This document shows positions 8,659-17,697 of a DNA stretch of 64,000 nt, in pieces; the stretch's first letter is position 1; the number at the start of each line of letters is the position of its first letter. The position numbers were made by a program, and so were the translations under genes. Where the stretch lies: assembly GCA_039821145.1 (NCBI GenBank), contig JBCBOS010000023.1, forward strand, positions 64,609-128,608. The letters are read 5' to 3'. A model generated the notes under the pieces. It was not told the DNA's origin and did not search any database. It saw only the letters and a program-made list of their open reading frames with translations. This stretch comes from Bacteroidota bacterium. GTDB lineage: Bacteria > Bacteroidota > Bacteroidia > Chitinophagales > Saprospiraceae.

Positions 8659-9261
8659 TTATTGTTTTGTCTCTTGCAGGCGAAAGACCAAGCGCAGTTT
8701 CGGAACTTTCCCGATGTTGATGGCCTTCCCACCAAATGGTCTGTCTCCCCTCCTCTCCTTCCACTTCTCCTTGCACGCCCGCTTGCTCAGGGGCTCCCCC
8801 TTTTCCACATCGTAGCAAAAGGTATGATCTATTTTTTCAAGGACCAAATATTGATCGGTGAGATTGATCAGCTTGTAAGATGCCTTCCAGGGGCCGCTGC
8901 GCTTGCCATAGTCAACCGTCGTTTCCAGGCTGAATGTCCCGCCCGCCTCGTAGTAGCGAACCATCATGTGGCCATAGGGCTCGTTGTTGATCTTGGTGAA
9001 ATAAGGATCGACCTGCACATGCGATTCCTGAAAATTCCAGTACATGCCCAACTCTCTCAGGTAAGACTCCTTGACGCGCTTTCTTTTGACAGCCATCGTT
9101 TGCTGGTATTCCCAGGTACCCATCTGCTGCAAACGCTCCATCCAGTCGCTGGGAATGCGTTTCTTTTTGTTCAAAACAAGGGAGCGAAGATCATCTTGGG
9201 CCAGACAATTGCCCAAGAGGAAGGCGGTAAAGAAAAAGAATAATAGAATTCTCATAGCCAA
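8659..9261 (-). CDS. Hypothetical secreted protein
   Basis: Signal peptide 'MAMRILLFFFFTAFLLGNCLAQDD'; 200 aa; last gene of a four-gene co-oriented cluster of exported proteins. Confidence 0.5.
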   Translation of the reverse strand: MAMRILLFFFFTAFLLGNCLAQDDLRSLVLNKKKRIPSDWMERLQQMGTWEYQQTMAVKRKRVKESYLRELGMYWNFQESHVQVDPYFTKINNEPYGHMMVRYYEAGGTFSLETTVDYGKRSGPWKASYKLINLTDQYLVLEKIDHTFCYDVEKGEPLSKRACKEKWKERRGDRPFGGKAINIGKVPKLRLVFRLQETKQ

Positions 9262-9294
9262 CTACATTCGCCATCTCAACACAAAAAGCAAAAC

Positions 9295-10161
9295 CTATTT
9301 CTGAAGAAGTTTCTCCACAAGGGTTGCTGACCAGTTGAGTGTTCCGTTGTTACGGTCGTGGTCAAACACCAAGACCTCCCCTTCGGCAGGTCCTTTGAGG
9401 CCCATGCCCGACCCCAGGAAGACAATGCCATCGCTGGTGCGGTGTTCGAAGTAAGGAATCCGATTGCCCAAGTCTCCTCCGATGCAGATGACCTGCGTTC
9501 CAGCAGCCTGTATCTGTTGCAAGGCGGGGAAAAGATCGGTGTAAAAATTGTTCTGCGGCCTCAGGCAATAGCCACAGTTGCGCAAGGGGCCGTTGGACAC
9601 TTGATTGGCCTGCGCCTCCAACTCTCCCCCATCGACCATCCAAAGCAGATGGTGGTGCAACAGGATGAGGAAATCCGATTGCTGCAGGGTATCCGTCACA
9701 GCTCGGAAAAGGTCCAATTGGTCATCGGCAATTTGATTGCCATCTATTTGGGTATCGAGGACCAGAAAAGTGATTCCATTTTCGTGATGACTATAGAAAG
9801 TCGGGCGACCCGTCACAGCGGATATGCGTGCCGGAGAGGTATAGTCGTGGTTGCCGGGGGCAAAAAGGGTTTGTGGAGAGGAAAGCTGAAAGACATCGTC
9901 CAATTCCTGGATTTTCTCATCGCTGTTGGTGCTGAAATACACCAAGTCTCCCCCCAACCAAAGCATGTCATAGGCATTGTAATCCACCTGGTCCACTCCT
10001 TCGATCAGGTCATTGGACTGTTCTGTATCCCTGGTGTGAGAAAGGAAGACATAGGTAGCTGGAGGCAATTCCATCTTGACCTCCTCCTTTTGACAAGCCG
10101 AGGCGAGCAACAAAAGGAGCATGCCGCCCAATAGGTGCCGAATGGGAAAGTTCTTATTCAT
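9295..10161 (-). CDS. Metallophosphoesterase (calcineurin-like) lipoprotein
   Basis: Lipoprotein signal '...LLLLLASAC'; motifs 'GDLVY', 'GNHDY' and 'ILLHHHL'; 288 aa. Confidence 0.7.
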   Translation of the reverse strand: MNKNFPIRHLLGGMLLLLLASACQKEEVKMELPPATYVFLSHTRDTEQSNDLIEGVDQVDYNAYDMLWLGGDLVYFSTNSDEKIQELDDVFQLSSPQTLFAPGNHDYTSPARISAVTGRPTFYSHHENGITFLVLDTQIDGNQIADDQLDLFRAVTDTLQQSDFLILLHHHLLWMVDGGELEAQANQVSNGPLRNCGYCLRPQNNFYTDLFPALQQIQAAGTQVICIGGDLGNRIPYFEHRTSDGIVFLGSGMGLKGPAEGEVLVFDHDRNNGTLNWSATLVEKLLQK

Positions 10162-11113
10162 CAGTAAAAGTATAGATTCCGCCCCCAGAGCCTACGATGA
10201 AGCCCTTGCCGTCTACCACCTGGATGGCCTTCAGATCGCCCGGCGGTGGGGATGCAATTTTTTTCCAGACCTCTCCGCCATCTTCCGTTTTCCAAAAGGT
10301 CTGATCATCTCCTACAATATACCCCTTTTGGGGGTTGACAAAAAATACAGATCGAAAAGGGACGTCGGATTGACTCAATTTTCTTCCATCTCTTTGTTTG
10401 AACCAAGTGCGGCCCCCATCGGTGGTCTTGGCAATGGTCCCCAACAAGCCAACGGCATAGCCAACGTCTGCAGTCGGAAAGTGGATGGATTGAAAAAAAT
10501 CGCCATCCATGTCTCGAAAGGCCCAGGTCAGTCCGGCATCTGTGGATCGCAACAAAGCGCCATAGCCTCCAATGTGGGCCGTGGAATCGTCAGAAAAACA
10601 GACCGCACTCAACTCAAATTCGAAACTATCTTGGTGCAACAAATCCCATTGAGGGCTGTACACCAGCAAGCGACCATCTTGAAAGGCCTCTCCACTCACG
10701 ATCAAGGTGCGGCCACTCGGCCCCACACACAAATCCCGATGGATGGCGACAGGAATGAGCTTGGCCGTTTGCCAATCCCGATTGTTGCTTTTTTGAAAAA
10801 CGCGCCCCCCGATGCCCACTGCATAGAGTCGTCCGTCAGGTCCATTGCTCAGCGCTTGCAGTTCGGCACGCCACAGAGAATCAACCGTCCAGCTTTGTCC
10901 GCCATCCCTTGTTTGGAGTTGTTGGCCAAGGAACCAAGTACTGCCACCCAATGCCACTCCATTTTGGGCATCGGTGAAGTAGATGTCATTGAGTTGTGAA
11001 TTTGTCCCGGAGGAAAGTCGGTTCCACAGCAAGTCTGTGCTCTCCATTTTACCACAAGATGACCACAGCAAGGTGACGAGGGCCAAGGCAAGACACTTAC
11101 TTCTCGTCTTCAT
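10154..11113 (-). CDS. BNR-repeat / Ycf48-like beta-propeller lipoprotein
   Basis: Lipoprotein signal 'LALALVTLLWSSCGK'; repeated BNR/Asp-box-like motifs 'DGGQSWT', 'TDAGLTWA', 'TDGGRTW', 'EDGGEVW'; 319 aa. Confidence 0.65.
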   Translation of the reverse strand: MKTRSKCLALALVTLLWSSCGKMESTDLLWNRLSSGTNSQLNDIYFTDAQNGVALGGSTWFLGQQLQTRDGGQSWTVDSLWRAELQALSNGPDGRLYAVGIGGRVFQKSNNRDWQTAKLIPVAIHRDLCVGPSGRTLIVSGEAFQDGRLLVYSPQWDLLHQDSFEFELSAVCFSDDSTAHIGGYGALLRSTDAGLTWAFRDMDGDFFQSIHFPTADVGYAVGLLGTIAKTTDGGRTWFKQRDGRKLSQSDVPFRSVFFVNPQKGYIVGDDQTFWKTEDGGEVWKKIASPPPGDLKAIQVVDGKGFIVGSGGGIYTFTDE

Positions 11114-11660
11114 TGCGGGAACTGTCCTTTGGCGAAGGCGTTTGGTTTTGTGGCTTGCGCTCTGGTTGTGCAGAAACCCGCCGGGGAGATGTGGGAAAAC
11201 TGGCCGTGCTGTAGTGCGAATAACGCTCTTCCGCCACCAAGGGGAAGGTGTAGTGATTCATGAAGCTGGAGAAAAACGCCTTGAGTTCATCTTGATCCAC
11301 CAGTTTCGAATTGGGCTTGAGGTAGTAGGTGATGTGCCGGATGCGACCGTCTTTTTCCCAAAAGAAGTTTACCCAGGCCTTGATGCCCTTTAGGTCATAA
11401 CCGATCAGTACAGAATAGGCCTCTATTTCCTGGATCATGCTCCACCATTTGCCATAGGCGACATCCATGTCATCTTCACAGGCTGTCAACAGCATGGTAC
11501 CGTGCTCCATCGCCAGTGCTTCGTATTGCTGCTCGTGCTCGCCGATCATGAATACTTTCGGCAATGTCGTATCTGCCTGCAATTGAGAAGTTGGCTGCCA
11601 TTGATTACAAAATCCCAAATGACCCCAACAACACAGCAATAGAAAGAGAATAGGCCTCAT
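11097..11660 (-). CDS. Hypothetical secreted protein
   Basis: Internal ATG gives the signal peptide 'MRPILFLLLCCWGHLGFC'; 187 aa; overlaps the downstream gene by 17 nt. The longer 327-aa track ORF has no signal peptide at its N-terminus. Confidence 0.45.
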   Translation of the reverse strand: MRPILFLLLCCWGHLGFCNQWQPTSQLQADTTLPKVFMIGEHEQQYEALAMEHGTMLLTACEDDMDVAYGKWWSMIQEIEAYSVLIGYDLKGIKAWVNFFWEKDGRIRHITYYLKPNSKLVDQDELKAFFSSFMNHYTFPLVAEERYSHYSTASFPTSPRRVSAQPERKPQNQTPSPKDSSRNEDEK

Positions 11661-12166
11661 AAATTCATCGATTTTTGTACCAAAAATAGTAAATAATTCA
11701 AGTTGCAATTCATCCAGAGAAACAAAAATGCATTGGATGTTTGCCTCAAAACGTCTTCTGCAATCAAGTCTTTTGCAAAATTGACCCGATCGCCACAATT
11801 TGTATTCACATACTCCGCATGGAGGGAAGGGTGTAGCTGCAAGCAAAAACAGACCTATCTCAGCGGGCATATTACGATTTTTATACATGCATAATTCCCA
11901 CAATAATGCTGCCATAGTCTGAAAGCAGCCGATGAAAGCCACCAGTTGGGGGGATCGGAGTGTACCAATGATGTGTGTATCTGGAATGGTCATTGCACCC
12001 AAGGATGCTTCCCAACGTATTCGGGACAAGGGGATGAACCCTTCGCAACTTGCGCTATGACATTCTGAATACACAAACATAACGAAAAAATGGAGAAAGA
12101 ATTCTGTACTTCTCCAAACATCTCACTCCATCCCCCGTTTCTTCTGTAAGCAGAAAGCCAGAGCGA

Positions 12167-14140
12167 TTGGTACAACAGGCTTTCCCGCCACCCACTCATC
12201 AACCTGAATCAAAGCATATGAATTCATCCAGCACCTCCGAAGTCACACTTCCCGGCAACCCAAGTCTACCCAGCAGCCCAGCGTCTTTGCAGACATTGGT
12301 CGACGCCTCAACAGGCGATTTTCCCTACTCTGTAGAAGATTTCTTTCGCCTGCCAGAAAAGGCACAGTACCGCCTGTCACCAGATGGGCGCTATTTTTCT
12401 TTCCTTGGACAGTTTGAACGAAGACAAAACATCTTCATCCAGGAAATCGGCTCGGACAAGGCCACCCGCATCACCAGCGAAACAGATCGCAACATCGCCA
12501 GCTACTTTTGGGCCAACAACAACAGATTGCTATTTGTGAAAGACAGCGGAGGGGACGAAAACTTTCAGCTGCATGCCGTAGACAAGGATGGACAAAATGC
12601 CCGCGACCTCACTCCTTTCGAAAAAGTGCGCATCAACCTCATCGATGCCCTCGAAGAGATCGAGGAAGAGATCATCATCGGGATGAACAAAAACAACCCC
12701 CAACTCTTCGAGCCCTACCGGATGAACATCAACACGGGCGACTACCAACAACTTGCCAACAATGATGACCCCGCCGCTCCCATCGACAATTGGGTGACAG
12801 ACCACGATGGCAAACTGCGGCTCGCTTCCAGGGTGATTGGCACCAATACCACCCTCCTCTACCGGGACAGTGAAGTGGAAGCGTTTCAGGAAGTTTTCAC
12901 CACAGACTTCCGCATCAGCGTGGAACCTCTCTTTTTCGAATTCGACAACAGCGCTGTCCTCTATGCCTCTTCCAACAGAGGACGAGACAAATCGGCCATT
13001 GTCCGCATCGATCTGCGCAGCGGAGAAGAAATCGGCGAGCCCTTGTTCAGTCATCCAGAAGTCGATGTCGAAAAACTGGGATACTCCAAAAAGCGCAAGG
13101 TGCTGACCTACATCAGCTACAATACCAGCAAACAGCAATACCACTTTTTGGACGATCAACGGGCCCAGCTTCAAAAGCGATTGGAAGGAGAACTGGCAGG
13201 TTATGAGATCGTCATCCCAAGCATGAACAAGGCCGAAGACAAATACATGATTCGCACCTACAGCGATCGATCCTTGGGTGCCTATTATTGTTACGACCAA
13301 CAGACTGACCAGCTGGAGAAAATTGCAGAAGTCAGCCCGTGGATTGAAGAAAATGACATGTGTACCATGACCCCGATCCAATACACCTCGCGCGATGGGC
13401 TGACCATCAACGGCTATCTGACACTGCCTTCCATCGATCCACCCCGGCAACTTCCCGTAGTGGTCAATCCGCACGGAGGCCCCTGGGCACGCGACAGTTG
13501 GGGATTCAATCCCGAAGTCCAACTGCTGGCCAGTCGAGGCTATGCCATCTTGCAGATGAACTTCAGGGGCAGCACCGGCTATGGTCGAAGCTTTTGGGAA
13601 AGCAGCTTTCAGCAGTGGGGACGAAGCATGCAAGACGACATCACGGATGGCGTTCAATGGCTGATCGACCAAGAAATTGCCGACCCAAAGCGGATCGCCA
13701 TCTACGGTGGCAGCTACGGTGGCTATGCAACCCTGGCGGGCGTTACCTTCACCCCAGACTTGTACGCCTGCGCCATTGATTATGTCGGCGTCTCCAACCT
13801 GCTGACATTCCTCACCACCATTCCTCCCTACTGGAAGCCCTACCTGGAAATGATGTACACCATGGTTGGCCATCCCGAAAAGGACAAGGAGATGATGATG
13901 GCTGCCTCCCCGGCCCTACATGTGGACCGCATCAAAGCACCACTCTTTGTCATACAAGGTGCCAACGATCCACGGGTCAACATCGATGAGGCGGACCAAA
14001 TCGTGGAGCGGCTTCGAGAAAATGGCGTCGAGGTTCCCTACATGGTCAAGTACAACGAGGGACATGGATTTCAGAATGAAGAAAATCGCTTTGAAGTCTA
14101 CAAGGCCATGCTGGGCTTCTTGCAGAAATACATGAGTTGA
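12167..14140 (+). CDS. S9 family serine peptidase (prolyl oligopeptidase / acylaminoacyl-peptidase type)
   Basis: N-terminal beta-propeller plus C-terminal alpha/beta hydrolase with nucleophile elbow 'GGSYGGYAT', 'VNPHGGPWARD' and 'QGANDPRV'; paralogous to 46885..48873. Probable start at the internal Met (MNSSST...). Confidence 0.85.
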   Translation: MVQQAFPPPTHQPESKHMNSSSTSEVTLPGNPSLPSSPASLQTLVDASTGDFPYSVEDFFRLPEKAQYRLSPDGRYFSFLGQFERRQNIFIQEIGSDKATRITSETDRNIASYFWANNNRLLFVKDSGGDENFQLHAVDKDGQNARDLTPFEKVRINLIDALEEIEEEIIIGMNKNNPQLFEPYRMNINTGDYQQLANNDDPAAPIDNWVTDHDGKLRLASRVIGTNTTLLYRDSEVEAFQEVFTTDFRISVEPLFFEFDNSAVLYASSNRGRDKSAIVRIDLRSGEEIGEPLFSHPEVDVEKLGYSKKRKVLTYISYNTSKQQYHFLDDQRAQLQKRLEGELAGYEIVIPSMNKAEDKYMIRTYSDRSLGAYYCYDQQTDQLEKIAEVSPWIEENDMCTMTPIQYTSRDGLTINGYLTLPSIDPPRQLPVVVNPHGGPWARDSWGFNPEVQLLASRGYAILQMNFRGSTGYGRSFWESSFQQWGRSMQDDITDGVQWLIDQEIADPKRIAIYGGSYGGYATLAGVTFTPDLYACAIDYVGVSNLLTFLTTIPPYWKPYLEMMYTMVGHPEKDKEMMMAASPALHVDRIKAPLFVIQGANDPRVNIDEADQIVERLRENGVEVPYMVKYNEGHGFQNEENRFEVYKAMLGFLQKYMS

Positions 14141-14156
14141 TGCCTGGCTGGCCCAT

Positions 14157-14897
14157 TCAATTGAGGCGATACAAAACGTTGATGGCAAACTGCAGGTTTT
14201 GGTTGGCGGCGATCAGTTGAGGTCGTAGGATCATTTCGTTTTTGATGATCGAAAAAGAGCCGTCCAGGATGAATCCTCCCTCTCCTACCCCAACAGCCAT
14301 GTAGGTCCCATCGTCCTTGCCCATGCCAAAGCGGACGCCCATTCGAAAGCGCGGGCCGACATAATGTGCATACGTACTGCCAACTCCGGCGTAAAAGGCA
14401 GCTCCGCGGATGGGGCCCAGATAGGTGTAGGCACCATAGTCAAAGCGTCGCTCCCGATCTCCAGTCACATGGCCTGCATTGTTCATGCGCCCATAGGCTC
14501 CTCGAAAAATGAATCCTTCCTTATCGCCAAGGAGGCCGTATTCCAGTGCGACGCCATATCCTCTGAATCCAAATCGTTGGGTGGTGCGGTCCGCCCGGCC
14601 CTTTTCGTGGTAATCGACATCGGCGCCATGCAGCCGAACGCTCACCCAATTGAGTTCTTTGCTCCGATAGAAAAAGCGGCTGATGCCCATGGTGACACTG
14701 GAGAAGGTGGCATCGTGCTGTGTGGTGAAAGAAAATCGAGGGCCAAAGGTGGCTCGGTGTTTCCCCATGGAGAAACCTCCCTCAAAGGTCCAAAATCCCT
14801 TGGAAGAGGTGGGCAGCAGTTCGAATTGTGCCTGGGCAGATGGACAGAGCAATCCAAGCAGGAAGAAGCAGAAGAGAAAAGAAGTTTTGACTTTCAT
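14157..14897 (-). CDS. Hypothetical outer-membrane beta-barrel-like protein
   Basis: Signal peptide 'MKVKTSFLFCFFLLGLLCPSAQAQ'; Gly/aromatic-rich alternating beta-strand pattern and a C-terminal '...NVLYRLN' with an aromatic near the end; 246 aa from the internal ATG. Confidence 0.5.
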   Translation of the reverse strand: MKVKTSFLFCFFLLGLLCPSAQAQFELLPTSSKGFWTFEGGFSMGKHRATFGPRFSFTTQHDATFSSVTMGISRFFYRSKELNWVSVRLHGADVDYHEKGRADRTTQRFGFRGYGVALEYGLLGDKEGFIFRGAYGRMNNAGHVTGDRERRFDYGAYTYLGPIRGAAFYAGVGSTYAHYVGPRFRMGVRFGMGKDDGTYMAVGVGEGGFILDGSFSIIKNEMILRPQLIAANQNLQFAINVLYRLN

Positions 14898-15101
14898 AGC
14901 GATCAATTTTCGAAAACAAACAATCCTTTGGGCGCGCAATGAGCGGCAACTTTCCCTGCCATCTTTCTGGCCAGAGGGACATCCCCATGTATAAAGACGG
15001 TCCAAATTGGCACTACAGTTGGCTTATTTGGTCGGGTTTCTGCCTCAATTTATCCTTTATCTGTGCCAAATGAGCACTAAAATCTTATTTTTGTAGTCGT
15101 T

Positions 15102-15689
15102 ATGGTGATAGATATTGTCTTTTTCATCTTCATTGCCTACGGTTTTTACTTGGGCTTTTCGCGCGGCATCATCCGCACGGCCTTCACCATATTGTCGCTG
15201 ACCATCGGGGTAATGGCCTCTCTGAAATTGGCCCCTGCCACCACCAAGTTTTTGGAAACGACCTTTGCCGATGACAATCCACTGATGTTTTTGGCGGGCA
15301 TGCTGCTTTCCTTTACCATTGTCATGGTGATCCTTCGCATGATCGCGCGGGGCCTGGAAGGCATCCTCAAAACCGCCAACATCAACGTCATCAACCAAAT
15401 CATGGGTGGAGTGCTTCTCAGTGCCCTTTTGGTATTGCTCTACAGCGTATTGCTGTGGTTTGGCGACCAAGCCCACATGATCGATAAGGAAACCAAGGTC
15501 AAATCCATCACCTACCCCTATCTGCAACAATACCCAGGCAAGGTCAAGCAAGTGGCCATGCAGTTTCAGCCAATGGTAGAAGAGTTTTGGGATCAATCCC
15601 TCGACATGATGGATCGACTAGAGAAAATCAGTATTGAACAAACAGAGAAAACACGCATTGAAGACCGCTCCAACGAACTCCAAGAATAA
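15102..15689 (+). CDS. cvpA: CvpA family membrane protein (colicin V production protein-like)
   Basis: Four hydrophobic helices and a start 'MVIDIVFFIFIAYGFYLGFSRGIIR' characteristic of CvpA; 195 aa. Confidence 0.7.
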   Translation: MVIDIVFFIFIAYGFYLGFSRGIIRTAFTILSLTIGVMASLKLAPATTKFLETTFADDNPLMFLAGMLLSFTIVMVILRMIARGLEGILKTANINVINQIMGGVLLSALLVLLYSVLLWFGDQAHMIDKETKVKSITYPYLQQYPGKVKQVAMQFQPMVEEFWDQSLDMMDRLEKISIEQTEKTRIEDRSNELQE

Positions 15690-16260
15690 GAGAATTCTCC
15701 TCATCGACAATTACGATTCTTTCACGTACAACTTGTGGGATTACTTTCTGCAATTGGACACCGATTGCCAAGTTGTGCGCAACGACGCCTGGCCCCTGGA
15801 ACAGTACCTGCAAACTGATTTCGATGCGCTGGTCCTCTCCCCCGGTCCCAAAACCCCTGCCGAAGCGGGTCACCTCATGAGTCTGATCCAATATTTTCAC
15901 CAGCGAAAACCCATTTTGGGCATCTGTCTGGGCCACCAAGGCATCGGCGAATTTTTTGGTGCCCAATTGACCAAAGCGTCCTTGCCCGTCCACGGCAAAA
16001 CCTCGACCCTCCTCTGCGAGGACCACCCACTTTTCCACCAACTTCCCAAGCACTTTGAAGTCATGCGCTACCACTCTTTGCTGCTCAAACAACTCGATCA
16101 AACGCCCCTCCAAGCCATTGCCCATACCCCTGAAGGCGAAATCATGGCACTGGCCCATCGCCAACTGCCCATCTACGGTTTTCAGTTCCACCCCGAATCC
16201 ATCCTCACCCAGTACGGACTCGAATTGCTCCGAAACTGGTTGCGACTCCTCGACGACTGA
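15634..16260 (+). CDS. Glutamine amidotransferase component of anthranilate / aminodeoxychorismate synthase (TrpG/PabA type)
   Basis: 'ILLIDNYDSFTYNLWDYF', catalytic 'ILGICLGHQ' and 'HPES'. There is no ATG/GTG/TTG between the cvpA stop and 'RILLIDNYD', so the start lies inside the cvpA 3' end with a 56-nt overlap. Confidence 0.8.
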   Translation: MNKQRKHALKTAPTNSKNKRILLIDNYDSFTYNLWDYFLQLDTDCQVVRNDAWPLEQYLQTDFDALVLSPGPKTPAEAGHLMSLIQYFHQRKPILGICLGHQGIGEFFGAQLTKASLPVHGKTSTLLCEDHPLFHQLPKHFEVMRYHSLLLKQLDQTPLQAIAHTPEGEIMALAHRQLPIYGFQFHPESILTQYGLELLRNWLRLLDD

Positions 16261-16334
16261 AGCAGCTGTCTGAAAATGGACAATGCAAACTTCTTGCGCT
16301 CCCCCAAAACAAGCTGGTACTTTTCCTTGTTGCA

Positions 16335-16973
16335 ATGGATAAGAAACAGCATTGCCACCTGGCCAAGCGCATGAAGAACCTCTGGGAGTACGTCAAAAGC
16401 CTATTTGAACAAGCCGAGCAAAGCTCGCCCTCCCAGCCTGTGCACCACGGCCTGATCGAGCGGAGTGAAACCGAGCAGGAAGATTACCAACACTGGAAAA
16501 GCACCTTCTCCAGCCGTCGCTTGCTCAACTGGCTCAACGAACAGCACATCCAATACCTCGTCAATGCCGATCACTTGGATGAAGCCATCGATTTTCTGAA
16601 CACGCCTTCCGCCAAGGGATTTGTCATCCATTTTGAAAAAACCCGCTACCCCCGTCGCGAAACCGTTCACCTCTTTGACCTCCTCAAGGAAAGAGTCTTG
16701 CTGCAAGGCTACCGCAGCTACATTTCGGACGTGCGCACCTACAACCGCACCTCTTGGGTCGAAACCATCCAGCGCCACTATCTGAAACCACCCTCCCAAT
16801 TGCGCCAGCCCATCAAGGAAAAGTTTGAGCAGAAATACGGCAACATCACCATCCAACTGGTCGAGCACGATCAAAAAGTAGCCTACCTAAAATTCAATGC
16901 CACCAGCTACAAGGATCACCTGTTCAAAGATGCAGATGACTTCAAGGAGCTGATGTCGGCCCTCCTGATCTGA
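16335..16973 (+). CDS. Hypothetical protein
   Basis: 212-aa ORF with normal composition and no recognisable motif; it is preceded by an ~18-mer shared with the next gene's upstream region. Confidence 0.5.
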   Translation: MDKKQHCHLAKRMKNLWEYVKSLFEQAEQSSPSQPVHHGLIERSETEQEDYQHWKSTFSSRRLLNWLNEQHIQYLVNADHLDEAIDFLNTPSAKGFVIHFEKTRYPRRETVHLFDLLKERVLLQGYRSYISDVRTYNRTSWVETIQRHYLKPPSQLRQPIKEKFEQKYGNITIQLVEHDQKVAYLKFNATSYKDHLFKDADDFKELMSALLI

Positions 16974-17050
16974 CCAACAATCTGGAACAGCTTTTGCAAA
17001 ATGGACAATGTAACCACCTTGTTTGCGCCATCGGTAAAAGTTAACCTAAC

Positions 17051-17677
17051 ATGAAATTCCCCCTTCTGTACCTCGTGTCAGTATTCTTTGTGGCCGTGGG
17101 GCCCGTCCATGGACAAGCCCCGAGTCAAAGCGCTGAGCCCGACTTTCAAATCAGCCTGCAAGGCACCAGCCACGTCCGCCTGGACTGGGTACTCATCGAT
17201 GAGCAGGGCAATGCGCGCTACGAGGTCGAACGCTCCAGCAATGGCACCGACTACCAAGCCGTTGGACAAATCTACGCCTACAACCAAATGGGTTTTCAGA
17301 AATACATCTTCATAGACCGCAATCCCGAAGGAAACATCAATCACTACCGATTCACCAGAGTAGACAAATCAGAAAATCGCCATCTCTCCAATAGCAAATC
17401 CATCCAACTGAGTGGTTCGACACCCTCTGTACAACTAGTCCCCAGCCCTCCCAATCACCTCCCCGACCTGAATTTGGAACTGGTCCAGTCGGAAAAAGTC
17501 AAGATCGAACTGCTCGATCCCAGCCAGGATCAGAGAGTCCATCTTCTGCACGAGGGAGTGGTAAAGGCAGGCAGTCACCAATTCTCTTTACCAGAGGAAG
17601 AGTGGCAGGCAGGCAATTTTCAGCTGCGCATCGAGGGCATCTCATTTCAGCAAAATATGCAGTGGATCATGTTGTGA
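17051..17677 (+). CDS. Hypothetical secreted protein
   Basis: Signal peptide 'MKFPLLYLVSVFFVAVGPVHGQ'; 208 aa. Confidence 0.5.
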   Translation: MKFPLLYLVSVFFVAVGPVHGQAPSQSAEPDFQISLQGTSHVRLDWVLIDEQGNARYEVERSSNGTDYQAVGQIYAYNQMGFQKYIFIDRNPEGNINHYRFTRVDKSENRHLSNSKSIQLSGSTPSVQLVPSPPNHLPDLNLELVQSEKVKIELLDPSQDQRVHLLHEGVVKAGSHQFSLPEEEWQAGNFQLRIEGISFQQNMQWIML

Positions 17678-17697
17678 AAAGTAGATGAAATCAGCTG

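Noticed and set aside
8404-9243. 279-aa + strand ORF spanning the thioesterase and secreted-protein genes
   Set aside because: It overlaps two better-supported minus-strand genes (PaaI thioesterase motifs and a signal-peptide protein), and its translation is low-complexity.
12530-13873. 447-aa ORF on the minus strand, antisense to the first S9 peptidase
   Set aside because: It lies entirely inside a well-supported sense gene with clear catalytic motifs. The translation is Gly/Val/Asp-rich low-information shadow sequence with no motif, a typical antisense open frame.
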